DNA from: Candidatus Krumholzibacteriota bacterium
Lineage (GTDB): Bacteria; Krumholzibacteriota; Krumholzibacteriia; JAJRXK01
Direction of reading: 5' to 3'
NCBI GenBank assembly: GCA_963764625.1
Contig: CAVXTH010000008.1
Coordinates: 64,001-128,000 of the forward strand
DNA: 64,000 bases
Below, piece by piece: positions 46,735 through 55,990 of this stretch. Each line of letters opens with the position of its first letter. Positions within the stretch are counted from its first letter, which is position 1. A model generated the notes under the pieces. The model worked only from the letters and a program-made list of their open reading frames with translations. It had not been told where the DNA came from and did not search any database. Position numbers and translations under genes: made by a program.

Positions 46735-46753
46735 GAACTCGTCCATTTTTCTC

Positions 46754-46782
46754 GTAACCTGCGCGGCCCACTCTCGTCTCAT
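46754..46782 (+). promoter_or_regulatory. Candidate ECF-sigma promoter
   Basis: GTAAC-N17-GTCTCAT upstream of 46844. Confidence 0.65.
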
Positions 46783-46843
46783 GGTCTGAACGCGGCGAAC
46801 CGGGAGCCCACGGATTCGCCTGTACCAGGAAAGGAACTCCGTC

Positions 46844-47941
46844 ATGAGAATCCGACTTCAGGCAACACTGAGTCTGGCGCTCTTCACTCTGCTGGTGCTC
46901 GCGAGCAGCCCAGCCTGGGCGCAGTCGCCCGGCGATCAACTTCAGACCCGCGACAAGATCCAGGACAAGATCCAGGATCCGCTGCAGACCCGCGATCAGC
47001 TCTACTCCCACTATATGGATCGGGTAAACGAGTATGATTCCACCAGCGATCAACAGCGCGATCGCCTGCGCCAGAACCTGAAGGACTGCCTGGTCCTCGA
47101 TCTTCCGCAGGATCAGCTCGACACTCTCTTTCCCGTACAGCGGGCCCGCTATTCGACGCAGGCTCAGTTGAAGATGCAGAACGCGGTGCTGGCACTTGCA
47201 CGCGAGGGAATGCCGACCGATCTGCTCTGCGGAAAAATCGCCGAGGGCACCATGAAGAATGCCCCCGAGTCCGCGCTCGAAGGCGCAGTTGCCCGCATGG
47301 AGGGCTTCACCAAGCACGCTCATCAGTATTTGAACCAAGCGCGTCAGGAGGGCTTCGAGGGGGCGGGTGATTTTCAGATCCAGCGCCAATTGGAGCGTGG
47401 AGTCGCGCTGAACATGTGGCGTGGTCTGCAAGAGGGTGAGCTGGACCAACTGCGGGACCGGGCCAAAGATCGTCTGCGTGACGGCTCTTGCAGTCTCGTC
47501 GACCTGGCGGCTGCCAGTGAAACCGCTACCGAACTCAAGGAACTGGGTGTGTCCTCTGATCGCGCCCTGGGTCTCTGTGGCGACGCGCTGCAACAAGGCT
47601 ACCGCGGTCAGGAAATGCGGCAGATCGGCCACATGTTCATGGCGGCCCATATGAACGGCGAGAACGACGAACAGCTGTGTGATGCGCTGCAGATGCGTAT
47701 CCGCCAACGCGAGCAGTTAGGCCAGATGATGGAGTACATGCAGGGCCAGGGCTGGATGGGTCCCGAGCAGATGGGACACGACTACGGCGGCGGCAGCCCG
47801 GTAGATGAAGTGATGGGCGGTGGACACCACGGAGACGGCATGAACGGCGATGGTTCCGGTGGCGGTATGGGAGGCGACGGCTCTGGTGGTGGTAGCGGCG
47901 GTGGAATGGGCGGCGGTGGAATGGGCGGCAGCGGCGGCTGA
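46844..47941 (+). CDS. Secreted helical hypothetical protein with QxRD-type repeats and a Gly/Met-rich tail
   Basis: Signal peptide (AWA-Q); AGGAAAGGA RBS; tail GGGHHGDGMNG...GGMGGGGMGGSGG. Confidence 0.8.
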   Translation: MRIRLQATLSLALFTLLVLASSPAWAQSPGDQLQTRDKIQDKIQDPLQTRDQLYSHYMDRVNEYDSTSDQQRDRLRQNLKDCLVLDLPQDQLDTLFPVQRARYSTQAQLKMQNAVLALAREGMPTDLLCGKIAEGTMKNAPESALEGAVARMEGFTKHAHQYLNQARQEGFEGAGDFQIQRQLERGVALNMWRGLQEGELDQLRDRAKDRLRDGSCSLVDLAAASETATELKELGVSSDRALGLCGDALQQGYRGQEMRQIGHMFMAAHMNGENDEQLCDALQMRIRQREQLGQMMEYMQGQGWMGPEQMGHDYGGGSPVDEVMGGGHHGDGMNGDGSGGGMGGDGSGGGSGGGMGGGGMGGSGG

Positions 47942-47970
47942 GCCCGGGCTTTCCCTTGCGAATGCATGAA

Positions 47971-47993
47971 GCCGGCCCCATAGCGGGGCCGGC
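47971..47993. terminator. Terminator hairpin between convergent genes
   Basis: GCCGGCCCC-ATAGC-GGGGCCGGC followed by CTTCTCATTGTT. Confidence 0.7.
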
Positions 47994-48067
47994 CTTCTCA
48001 TTGTTGGGAGCCCTCCACCGGCTGCGTCAGCGGCAGAACATCTCTCGGCCGTGGCGCGGAAGGCTCA

Positions 48068-48694
48068 CTACATCGAGCCTTTGTCTTTCGATCCCAGCAC
48101 ACACACCTGCTTGCCGCAACTCAGCATCTTGGTTCCCAAATACGGGTTCTTCGTATCGCCCTTCTTCTGAATCCAATCCGCTTTTGCCATCGGACAGTTC
48201 ATGACGACCCAGGTGGGGGCCGTGGGGGAATTCTCATAATTCATCTGAGCCAAGGGAACGAACTCTGCGCTCAGACCATTGAAGGCGCTTCTGGCCTGCT
48301 TGAGATCGAGATCCTTGGAACTCAGGGTCTCCAACGCTTTCCGCATCATCATGCTCGCGCTTTCCTTGGCCGTCTTGCCCTCGGCCTCGTGGTGTGCATC
48401 CATCATCTTGCCATGGGCCTCTTCCGCGCCTTCGTGACCCATCATCTTCCCCTGCATGGATTTCATACTTCCGTCATCCATCATCTTCATCATGTCGGCA
48501 TGCTGATCCATGAATTCGAGCATCTCCGTCGCATGCTCTTGGATGCCTTCGGTGGAATCCTCCGACAGTGTTTTTGCCATGGCCGCATAGTGAGCCACTG
48601 CCGCCGATGTCGAGACGCCTCCTTCATGAGCCAGTGCGAACACCGGCAAGAGAATGATCATGATCGCCAGAAGTGCGATTCTTTTGATACTCAT
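48068..48694 (-). CDS. DUF3347-like periplasmic metal-binding protein, Met/His-rich
   Basis: Signal peptide; CPMAKADW...NPYLG.KMLSCG; central Met/His-rich insert. Confidence 0.8.
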   Translation of the reverse strand: MSIKRIALLAIMIILLPVFALAHEGGVSTSAAVAHYAAMAKTLSEDSTEGIQEHATEMLEFMDQHADMMKMMDDGSMKSMQGKMMGHEGAEEAHGKMMDAHHEAEGKTAKESASMMMRKALETLSSKDLDLKQARSAFNGLSAEFVPLAQMNYENSPTAPTWVVMNCPMAKADWIQKKGDTKNPYLGTKMLSCGKQVCVLGSKDKGSM

Positions 48695-48776
48695 GGTAAA
48701 TGCTCCTTCCAATCGTTCCTGCGGCTTCGTAGCCGTCTCTGGGGAATCTTCTCGAACGGGGCGCTGCCCCCGAAAA

Positions 48777-49907
48777 CTAGTCGTCCGCTTCGCCTGAAGC
48801 GGGAGTCGCGCGCAACTCGAAGAGCTCGAGGATGCCTTTTCCCTCGCAAACGAGTCCGGTCTTGCCTACGACATTCGTGGCCGACCTGTGACCGTGGAGG
48901 ATGGTCAAGCCGTCCACGTATCCCATCAGGTGCTTGCCGGCGGCGGATGCGGCGATCTCGCTTCGATCCTGAGGCCAGCTCACCTGCTTGCGATCCAGGA
49001 CTTTGGCCTCACCGTCCGCGACGGACTCCAGGACGGCGCTTCCCCTCTCCGCCAGAGTCACGGACTCATAGGAAGTCGGCGCGCGATAGTGATGAACGAG
49101 TCCCAGCGTTCCTTCGAACCCCGAAGGGTCGACGTCGAGACTCACCACCACGTCTCCCATCTCCTCGGGAAACAGGAGATAGACGCGGCCTGAGATGGTC
49201 AGCTGCAGTCCCTCGGTTTGGCCGGCGATCCTCTCCGCGTGGATCGAAGCATCGGGAGAGGCCTTCACGATTTGAAGCGCTTCTGGTAGCAAGCTCGGGT
49301 CGCTTTCCGTCGGCTTCCACACCACCACGCCTTCCGCATTGGGCTGGAGGGAGGGCTCGGCTGTCGCCGCTTCCGGTGCACTCGGAGTCTGACCTTTCTC
49401 CGACACGCCCTGGTTCGCGGGCGCGGCGACCGCCTTCACCGCCACACCGTAGGTGTAGACCAGACCTCCTCCGCGATCCGCCGTCGCCAGCAGGAGCCAA
49501 AATCCGAAGAGGGCCATCACGAGCAGAAATCCGCGCAGGACACGTCTGCTGACGGGGCTGATTTTCCCGCGGAGCGGCTCGAAGAACCCACGTAGCACGG
49601 CAAGCACCGCGAAGGCCCAGACGGTGCGGAGCGCCATGTCGCTGTGCGCCGCGATCGCCTCCTGGATTTTCGGCGACATCACACCCAGCGAGTTCGCCGC
49701 GCTCCTGCCGCTGAACCAGGTGACCACGGCCGCGGCCGCTGCGAAGAAGTAGAGGGTGACAGCGGCGGTATCGAGCCAGCTGCGGCGCCGCCAGGCAACC
49801 GCCAGCACTTCGGCCGCGAGGGCCAGACAGAAGAGAACGATGGGAAAGTGCAGGACTGCGGGGTGGAGGTTGGGCAAGTTGGAAGCGCCGAGTACTCTCT
49901 GCAGCAT
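48777..49907 (-). CDS. DUF2231-like membrane protein with a C-terminal soluble beta-rich domain
   Basis: NLHPAVLHFPIVL, ..H.. and TADRGGGLVY.YG motifs; about four TM helices. Confidence 0.75.
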   Translation of the reverse strand: MLQRVLGASNLPNLHPAVLHFPIVLFCLALAAEVLAVAWRRRSWLDTAAVTLYFFAAAAAVVTWFSGRSAANSLGVMSPKIQEAIAAHSDMALRTVWAFAVLAVLRGFFEPLRGKISPVSRRVLRGFLLVMALFGFWLLLATADRGGGLVYTYGVAVKAVAAPANQGVSEKGQTPSAPEAATAEPSLQPNAEGVVVWKPTESDPSLLPEALQIVKASPDASIHAERIAGQTEGLQLTISGRVYLLFPEEMGDVVVSLDVDPSGFEGTLGLVHHYRAPTSYESVTLAERGSAVLESVADGEAKVLDRKQVSWPQDRSEIAASAAGKHLMGYVDGLTILHGHRSATNVVGKTGLVCEGKGILELFELRATPASGEADD

Positions 49908-50094
49908 GGCTCTTTCTCCCCGGGCAACGGCGTCGAGCGGTGCACGAAGAGCGGAGCATGGAAGGACCATGCCCCGTTCGCTCTGCGATCCGCCCTCGAA
50001 GACGGTCTCGACGGAAAACGTTGCCACTGCGCCAGTTCCGCACCGCGAACAAGTGTTGAACCCCTGCGGCTCCAAGGAGTTCCAGGAGGGAGAC

Positions 50095-50135
50095 GTGTTG
50101 CAAATCCAGCACCGCCAGTTCGTAACTGGTTGATA
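50095..50135. promoter_or_regulatory. Third activator-site copy plus an IHF consensus site upstream of the DUF302 gene
   Basis: Minus-strand GTGCTGGATTTGCAACAC (50095-50112) resembles the 34763 site; minus-strand TATCAACCAGTTA (50123-50135) matches WATCAANNNNTTR exactly. Confidence 0.6.
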
Positions 50136-50231
50136 TCACGCAAACCTGGCGACTACGTAGCCGGCTTGCCGCGCCATGGCGCCGCCTTAGATTGAGCGGC
50201 AGCGCACCTTCCCTCAGCAGGAGACCCTATC

Positions 50232-50627
50232 GTGAACCCTTCCTATGGCATCACCCGTGAGCTTCCCGACACCGACTTCGCACAGGCAGTGGAGAGAGTC
50301 ACCGCCGCCCTCAAGAAGGAGGGCTTCGGCGTGCTCACCGAGATCGACGTGCAGGCCACCCTCAAGAAGAAGCTCGACGTGGACTTCCCACAGTACCTCA
50401 TCCTCGGCGCCTGCAACCCTCCCTTCGCCCACCAGGCCCTGCTGGCAGAGCCGGGAATCGGCTTGCTCTTGCCCTGCAACGTGATCGTGGCCGCGCGCGC
50501 GGAGGGGGGCACCACGGTCTCCGCCATCGATCCCGTCATGGCCTTCAAGATCGTGAACCGGGAGGGCATGGAGGAGCTGGCGGGGCAGGTGCGTACGAGC
50601 CTTCAGGCGGTCATCGACAGCTTGTAG
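50232..50627 (+). CDS. DUF302 domain protein
   Basis: GFGVLTEIDVQATLKKKL, ILGACNP and GLLLPCNV. Confidence 0.92.
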   Translation: MNPSYGITRELPDTDFAQAVERVTAALKKEGFGVLTEIDVQATLKKKLDVDFPQYLILGACNPPFAHQALLAEPGIGLLLPCNVIVAARAEGGTTVSAIDPVMAFKIVNREGMEELAGQVRTSLQAVIDSL

Positions 50628-50702
50628 CGGCAAATTGAGGGAAGATCCGGTAGGATCGTACTTGGTAATTTACCGATTAGTAGATTTGTATCTATATATA
50701 AT

Positions 50703-52097
50703 TCAATAAGTTAGTCCTTGATGCTCGTGTTTTTCCAGGCGGTAGTTGAGGGTATTGCGGGTGATCCCCAAATAGCGCGCGGTCGCGCTGCGGTTTCCCT
50801 GGCACTTCTTGAGCGCGCGTTGGATGAGTTCCTTTTCCACCGCGGTGAGATCGAGTCCGCCTTCGGGGAGCGAGAGGCCGAACGCGTGGAGGGCTCTCCA
50901 GTGCGAATACCGGCAGGGAAGATCTTCGGGTCCGAGCGGACCCTCGGGGTGCAGCGCCAGCGCCCTCTCCATCACGTTCTCGAGCTCGCGGACGTTCCCT
51001 GGCCAGTCGTGGGCTTGCAGGAGTCGCTCCGCCTCGGAGCTGACCGAAGGGGTGGGCTGGTCGTTCGCGGCGGCGATCCGCGCCGCGAAGTGACGCGCCA
51101 GGGGCAGGATGTCGTCGCGGCGCGCGCGCAGGGGAGGCAGGGTCAAGGTGACCACCGCGAGCCGGTAATACAGGTCCTCGCGGAAACTGCCGTCGGCTAC
51201 CATCGCCTCGAGATCGCGATGCGTGGCCGCGATCACCCGCACATCCACTTTCACCGGCGCGTCCGCTCCCAGCGGATCGACTTCCCGCTCCTGCAACGCC
51301 CGCAGCAATTTCACCTGAACTTCGGGCCGCAATTCACCGATCTCGTCCAGAAAGAGGGTGCCGCCTCCGGCCAACTCGAACTTGCCCTTGCGATCGCGCT
51401 CCGCCCCGGTGAATGCGCCCTTGCGATACCCAAAGAGCTCGCTGTCGATGAGCGTTTCGGGCAGAGAGCCGGCGCCCACCGCCACGAAGGGACCCTCCCG
51501 ACGCTCGCTGGCGTGGTGGATGGCCCGCGCCAATACTTCCTTGCCCGTGCCGCTCTCGCCCAACAGCAGGAGCGTGGTGGTGCGCGGAGCCACCTGTGCC
51601 GCCTGACGCAGGACCTCGTCCATGGCCTGGCTGGAAGCCACCATGTTCTCCAGGCGCAGGCGATCGCCCGCGAGCTCGCGCAGGCGCCGGTTCTCCTTTA
51701 GCAATTCGCTCAGGCGCAGCGACTTGTCCACCGAGAGTCGCAGCGTTTCGTGCTCGAAGGGCTTCAGGAGATAGTCGTGGGCACCGGCGCGCATGGCCGC
51801 GACGGCGTCCTCCACGCTGCCGTGCGCGGTGATCACGATCACTCCCAGCTGCGGCCAACGCTCCTTGAGACGCCGCAAGAGGCTGAGGCCATCCATGCCC
51901 GGCATGCGCACGTCCGTGATGAGAACTTGCGGGAAAGAAGAGGAAGGGAGTCCACGCTCCGCCGCCTCCAGGGCCCGAAAGGCTTCCTCGGCCGAAGCAA
52001 GAGGGGTCACCGAGAACCCTGCCTGGCCGAGGTGATACGAACTCACCCGACGCAGACTCTCGTCGTCGTCGACCAGGAATATGCGGGCGGTAGACAT
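50703..52097 (-). CDS. Sigma-54-dependent response regulator (NtrC/ZraR-like: REC, AAA+, Fis HTH)
   Basis: [47 protein letters not shown] and WPGNVREL; small indels likely near the 3' end. Confidence 0.95.
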   Translation of the reverse strand: MSTARIFLVDDDESLRRVSSYHLGQAGFSVTPLASAEEAFRALEAAERGLPSSSFPQVLITDVRMPGMDGLSLLRRLKERWPQLGVIVITAHGSVEDAVAAMRAGAHDYLLKPFEHETLRLSVDKSLRLSELLKENRRLRELAGDRLRLENMVASSQAMDEVLRQAAQVAPRTTTLLLLGESGTGKEVLARAIHHASERREGPFVAVGAGSLPETLIDSELFGYRKGAFTGAERDRKGKFELAGGGTLFLDEIGELRPEVQVKLLRALQEREVDPLGADAPVKVDVRVIAATHRDLEAMVADGSFREDLYYRLAVVTLTLPPLRARRDDILPLARHFAARIAAANDQPTPSVSSEAERLLQAHDWPGNVRELENVMERALALHPEGPLGPEDLPCRYSHWRALHAFGLSLPEGGLDLTAVEKELIQRALKKCQGNRSATARYLGITRNTLNYRLEKHEHQGLTY

Positions 52098-52252
52098 GAC
52101 CGGGGTAGAATCCTCCGCCCAGCGGAGATGGTCAAGTCCCCCAACCCAAAGTCCCCGCGGTTCCCTCACGGTGCCGGTCCATGGGAATGGGAGTAATTTG
52201 TAAGCATGTGGATTCAGCCCAGACGCCGCGAAGAACCCGGAGCGGAGAGACC

Positions 52253-53152
52253 ATGAACGACAAGAACGCAAGAGGTGGTTGCTGTGGGGGAGCGTCCCCC
52301 GATGCGGCCCGCCCGTCGAATTACCTGCCCGAAACCGAAGTCGAGATCCGCGCCCAGGTGAGCGAAGCCTATGCCCGTGCCGTCGAACTCTCACGCCAGG
52401 GAGGCGGCAGCTGTTGTGGCAACGCCGCTCCCTTGGGCGTGGCCTCCCAGACCGCGGGCTACACCCCCGACGAAATGACCGAGTTTCAGAGCGCGTCCCA
52501 ATCCTCTTTCGGCTGCGGCAATCCCCTCGCGTTCGCCGCACTGAAAGAAGGTCAGACCGTGGTCGACCTGGGAAGCGGCGCCGGCTTCGATCTCCTCATC
52601 GCCAGCAAGAAAGTGGGCGAGAAGGGACACGTGATCGGGGTGGACATGACCGACGCCATGCTCGAAGTCGCGCGCGAGAACCTTCTCCGGGCCAAGGCGA
52701 ACAACGTCGAGCTGCGGAAGGGTACGATCGAGGAACTCCCGCTGGACGACGCTTCGGTGGACTGGGTCATTTCCAACTGCGTGATCAATCTCTCGCCCGA
52801 GAAGAACAAGGTCTTTCGCGAAATCGCCCGCGTGCTTCGCCCTGGTGGACGCTTCTCGGTGAGTGACATCGTAGCGGAAAATCTTCCCGCCGATTTGCTG
52901 GCACAGGCCGCGGCCTACTCCGCCTGTATCGGCGGAGCGATCTCCGAAACCGAATACCTCGCTGGTCTTGAAGCGGCCGGACTTCGAGACCTGACCGTGA
53001 GCGAGCGAAACGTCTACGACGAAGCGCAGCTGCGCGGCATGGTCGGCAATGACCTGGAGGCGCTCGGAGTTCCCCGCGAGCTGCTGGACTCTCAGCTGAA
53101 GCACGCGGCGGGCAAAGTGTGGAGCGCGAAGATCAGCGGCCGTAAACCCTGA
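52253..53152 (+). CDS. arsM: Arsenite S-adenosylmethionine methyltransferase
   Basis: SCC, FGCGNP, DLGSGAGFD, SNCVINL and SACIGGA conserved cysteine contexts. Confidence 0.88.
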   Translation: MNDKNARGGCCGGASPDAARPSNYLPETEVEIRAQVSEAYARAVELSRQGGGSCCGNAAPLGVASQTAGYTPDEMTEFQSASQSSFGCGNPLAFAALKEGQTVVDLGSGAGFDLLIASKKVGEKGHVIGVDMTDAMLEVARENLLRAKANNVELRKGTIEELPLDDASVDWVISNCVINLSPEKNKVFREIARVLRPGGRFSVSDIVAENLPADLLAQAAAYSACIGGAISETEYLAGLEAAGLRDLTVSERNVYDEAQLRGMVGNDLEALGVPRELLDSQLKHAAGKVWSAKISGRKP

Positions 53153-54397
53153 TCAACGAGCCCCCGCGGTCGCATGCGCTTTCATCAGGGCCTGATCGAG
53201 ATCGTCGATGAGGTCCTGCGCGTCCTCCACTCCCACGGACAGCCGTATGCAGCCCGGGTGAATCCCCACCGCCTCGCGCTCTTCTTCGGTGAGCTGGATG
53301 TGCGATGAATTGAAGGGCATGCTGATCAGAGTCTCGACTCCACCCAGGCTCGTCGCCTCTCTTGCCACCCTCGTTTCGTGACAGACCTCGAGTCCGGTCT
53401 CGTCACCACCCTCCACGAAGAAAGTGACCATCCCTCCGGCCATCTTCGCCAGATCGCGACTGGTGCGCTCGTAGTTGGGATGACTCTGCAGGAGTGGATG
53501 GATGACATTGCTCACGTGCGGATGTCCTTCGAGGAAACGCGCGATCTTTAACGCGTTCTCGTGGTGCGCTCGCATGCGCAGATGAAGCGTCTTCAGCCCT
53601 CGCTCGAGCAAGAATGCGGCGTGCGGATCGAGGGAGCCCCCCAGATAGATCATGCGGCCCCAGACTTCATCCACGAGCTGCTTGCTTCCCGCGACCACGC
53701 CGGCACAGAGGTCGCTGTGCCCATTGAGGTACTTGGTGGCCGAGTGAATCACCAGATCGGCGCCCAAGGACAGAGGCCGGATGCCGATGGGGGTGAGGAA
53801 AGTCGCGTCGATCACGAGCTTCAAGCCGTGCCGCTTGGCGATGGCCGCCAGCCCCTTGACGTCCGCATACTTGAGAAGTGGATTCGTCAGGGCCTCGAAA
53901 TAGAGCACCTTGGTCTTGGGCGTGATGGCGGCTTCAACGGCCCCAAGGTCTTCGAGATTCACGTAGCTCGCCTCGAGACCCCACTTGGGAAAATGATTGA
54001 TGAGCAGGCCCGAGGTACCGCCGTAGATGTCGTGCGTGGTCACCATGTGGTCGCCCGACTTCATCAGACTCAGTAGCGTGGTAGAGATGGCCGCCATGCC
54101 CGAAGAAAAGAGGAGACCACTCTCTGCGCCCTCCAGCGCGGCAATCTTTTGCTGCACCGACCACTGGCTGGGATTGCCGTAACGTGTATAGAGGAGGTGA
54201 TCACGCTGCTGGCCAATGCGCATGGCTTCGTAGGTTTCGGCCGTGAAATGGAAAGTGGAAGTCTGATAGATCGGCGTACCGACAGCGCCGGTGTGCGGAT
54301 CGTCTTGCGTGCCGGCCTGGACGCAGAGAGTCGCGGGCGCGAAGCGCGGGCCAGGTTGATCGTTGGAATGCGTGCTCTCGGTGCTGTCGGATGCCAT
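53153..54397 (-). CDS. PLP-dependent Cys/Met metabolism enzyme (cystathionine gamma-synthase/lyase family)
   Basis: PIYQTSTF, YTRYGNP, SSGMAAI, YGGT, HSATKYLNGHSD, SLGGVETL and RLSVGVED. Confidence 0.93.
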   Translation of the reverse strand: MASDSTESTHSNDQPGPRFAPATLCVQAGTQDDPHTGAVGTPIYQTSTFHFTAETYEAMRIGQQRDHLLYTRYGNPSQWSVQQKIAALEGAESGLLFSSGMAAISTTLLSLMKSGDHMVTTHDIYGGTSGLLINHFPKWGLEASYVNLEDLGAVEAAITPKTKVLYFEALTNPLLKYADVKGLAAIAKRHGLKLVIDATFLTPIGIRPLSLGADLVIHSATKYLNGHSDLCAGVVAGSKQLVDEVWGRMIYLGGSLDPHAAFLLERGLKTLHLRMRAHHENALKIARFLEGHPHVSNVIHPLLQSHPNYERTSRDLAKMAGGMVTFFVEGGDETGLEVCHETRVAREATSLGGVETLISMPFNSSHIQLTEEEREAVGIHPGCIRLSVGVEDAQDLIDDLDQALMKAHATAGAR

Positions 54398-54478
54398 CGT
54401 GCTCTCCCGGGGTTATGAGGAATCTCTCAGCAACGATAGAAAACGGGGGGAGCGGATTCCAGGAATTTGGAATGAGGG

Positions 54479-55633
54479 CTAGAATCCGGCCGGTTCTTCC
54501 TTGGAAAGTAGTGGAAGTTTCAAGATGAAGCGTGCGCCGCCCTCAGGTGCGTCGTCCACTTCGATGCTCCCCTTGTGAAGCTCTATCGCCTGATACACCA
54601 CGGCCAATCCCAGGCCGGTGCCCTTCTCCTTCGTGCTCACGAAGGGCTCGAAGAGATGCGCGCGCAGCTCGGGCGCGATGCCCGGACCGGCGTCCTCGAC
54701 CACCAGCACCACCGCGCCGGCGGCAGTCTCCACCGGCGAATCCCCGGCGCGCCCCAGAGTCGAGCTTTGCGGCGGCGCTTCGGGTCGGGTCGTAAAGCGC
54801 AGTATGCCACCCTCCGGCATGGCCTCGATGGAGTTGAGGGCCAGATTGAGAACCACCTGACGCATGCGCGAGGAGTCCATGCGAGTGAACGGCAGCTGAT
54901 CGGCCAAACCGGTTTCGATCCTCACCCCGTGCCGCTGCGCCTGCCGCTCCACGAGTTGCACCACCCCCTTGACCACCGCGTTCAGGTCGTCCTGGGCCCA
55001 GGAGGGGCTGGGGGGTTTGGCGTAGTTCAAGAATTGCCCCGTGAGCTCCTCCAGGCGCTGAAGCTCCTTGTGGACGATTTCCACGAATTCCTGCCTCGGA
55101 TCGCCCTCATCTATGTCCCTGGTCAGGATGGGCAAGCTCCCCTTGAGGCTCGCCAGGGGGTTTCTGATCTCGTGGGCCAGAGACGCGGAGAGCTGGCCCA
55201 TCGCGGCCAATCGCTCCGCCTCCTTCGTCCGCTCGAAGCTGGCCGCCAATCGTTCGTAGGCGATCCTCGACTCCTCTCGCTTGCGGCGCAGTTCACCGGC
55301 CAGACTTCCCGTCACCAAACCGATCACGTTGAACATGATGATTTCCAGGTATTGATTCCCGCCGGCCATGCCACCCCACTGGAAGAGCACGTGGGGAAGG
55401 TAGAGAAGCGTCGCCGCGAGCGCGGTCAACACTCCTCCCTTCAATCCGTAATGAAACGCGCCCAGCACGATGGGAACGTAGTAGAGACGTCGCCAGACAT
55501 CGTGCAGTGCGTGATAGGAGTGCGCCCGCGGAGTTCCGTAGTGCAGCGCCGACACCAACAACAGAGCAAACGCCACGAGAAGGATGGGAGTGCGTGACAA
55601 AGAGGCGCTTTCGCGCGGTGGTCTGGAGTCCAT
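54479..55633 (-). CDS. Sensor histidine kinase with a His-rich membrane sensor domain
   Basis: AHEIRNPL H-box, N box, DAGPGI and FEPF.STK.KGTGLGL; four N-terminal TM helices. Confidence 0.93.
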   Translation of the reverse strand: MDSRPPRESASLSRTPILLVAFALLLVSALHYGTPRAHSYHALHDVWRRLYYVPIVLGAFHYGLKGGVLTALAATLLYLPHVLFQWGGMAGGNQYLEIIMFNVIGLVTGSLAGELRRKREESRIAYERLAASFERTKEAERLAAMGQLSASLAHEIRNPLASLKGSLPILTRDIDEGDPRQEFVEIVHKELQRLEELTGQFLNYAKPPSPSWAQDDLNAVVKGVVQLVERQAQRHGVRIETGLADQLPFTRMDSSRMRQVVLNLALNSIEAMPEGGILRFTTRPEAPPQSSTLGRAGDSPVETAAGAVVLVVEDAGPGIAPELRAHLFEPFVSTKEKGTGLGLAVVYQAIELHKGSIEVDDAPEGGARFILKLPLLSKEEPAGF

Positions 55634-55990
55634 GTGCAGAGCTTAGATCCCCCGGGTCTGGGCGACAAGAGAGAGCACCGTCCTTATATTACACCGGGTG
55701 GAATCGCTCGATCCGGCGCCTGGTTTCGCCGCCGCTCTCATTGCCTCGAATCGGCGGCAAATCCGCTACTATCGCGGGGGAAACGGGGCGATTCCGCCCC
55801 ACGATTTCTCGTGCTTTCCTTCTTTCCCCAAGAATTTTCTGGCGGAGGCGAAACTTCGTGCATGGATTGTGGACGCTCCCTTGACTTGCGCCCCCTGAAT
55901 GGTTCAAGCTTTTCAAGAGGGGAAGTCCCCTCTCACCTAAATTCGTTTCTTCGCGAAGCCCCCCTGTTCCTCTTTCCAAGTCACGGTTGT

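Noticed and set aside
47810-47938. Short GGCGGT/GGAATG repeats as a possible array
   Set aside because: They encode the Gly/Met tail; no repeat-spacer structure or cas genes
54398-54478. SAM riboswitch upstream of the Cys/Met enzyme
   Set aside because: Only a CUGAGAGAU fragment; the other SAM-I core elements are missing and the spacer is only about 80 nt
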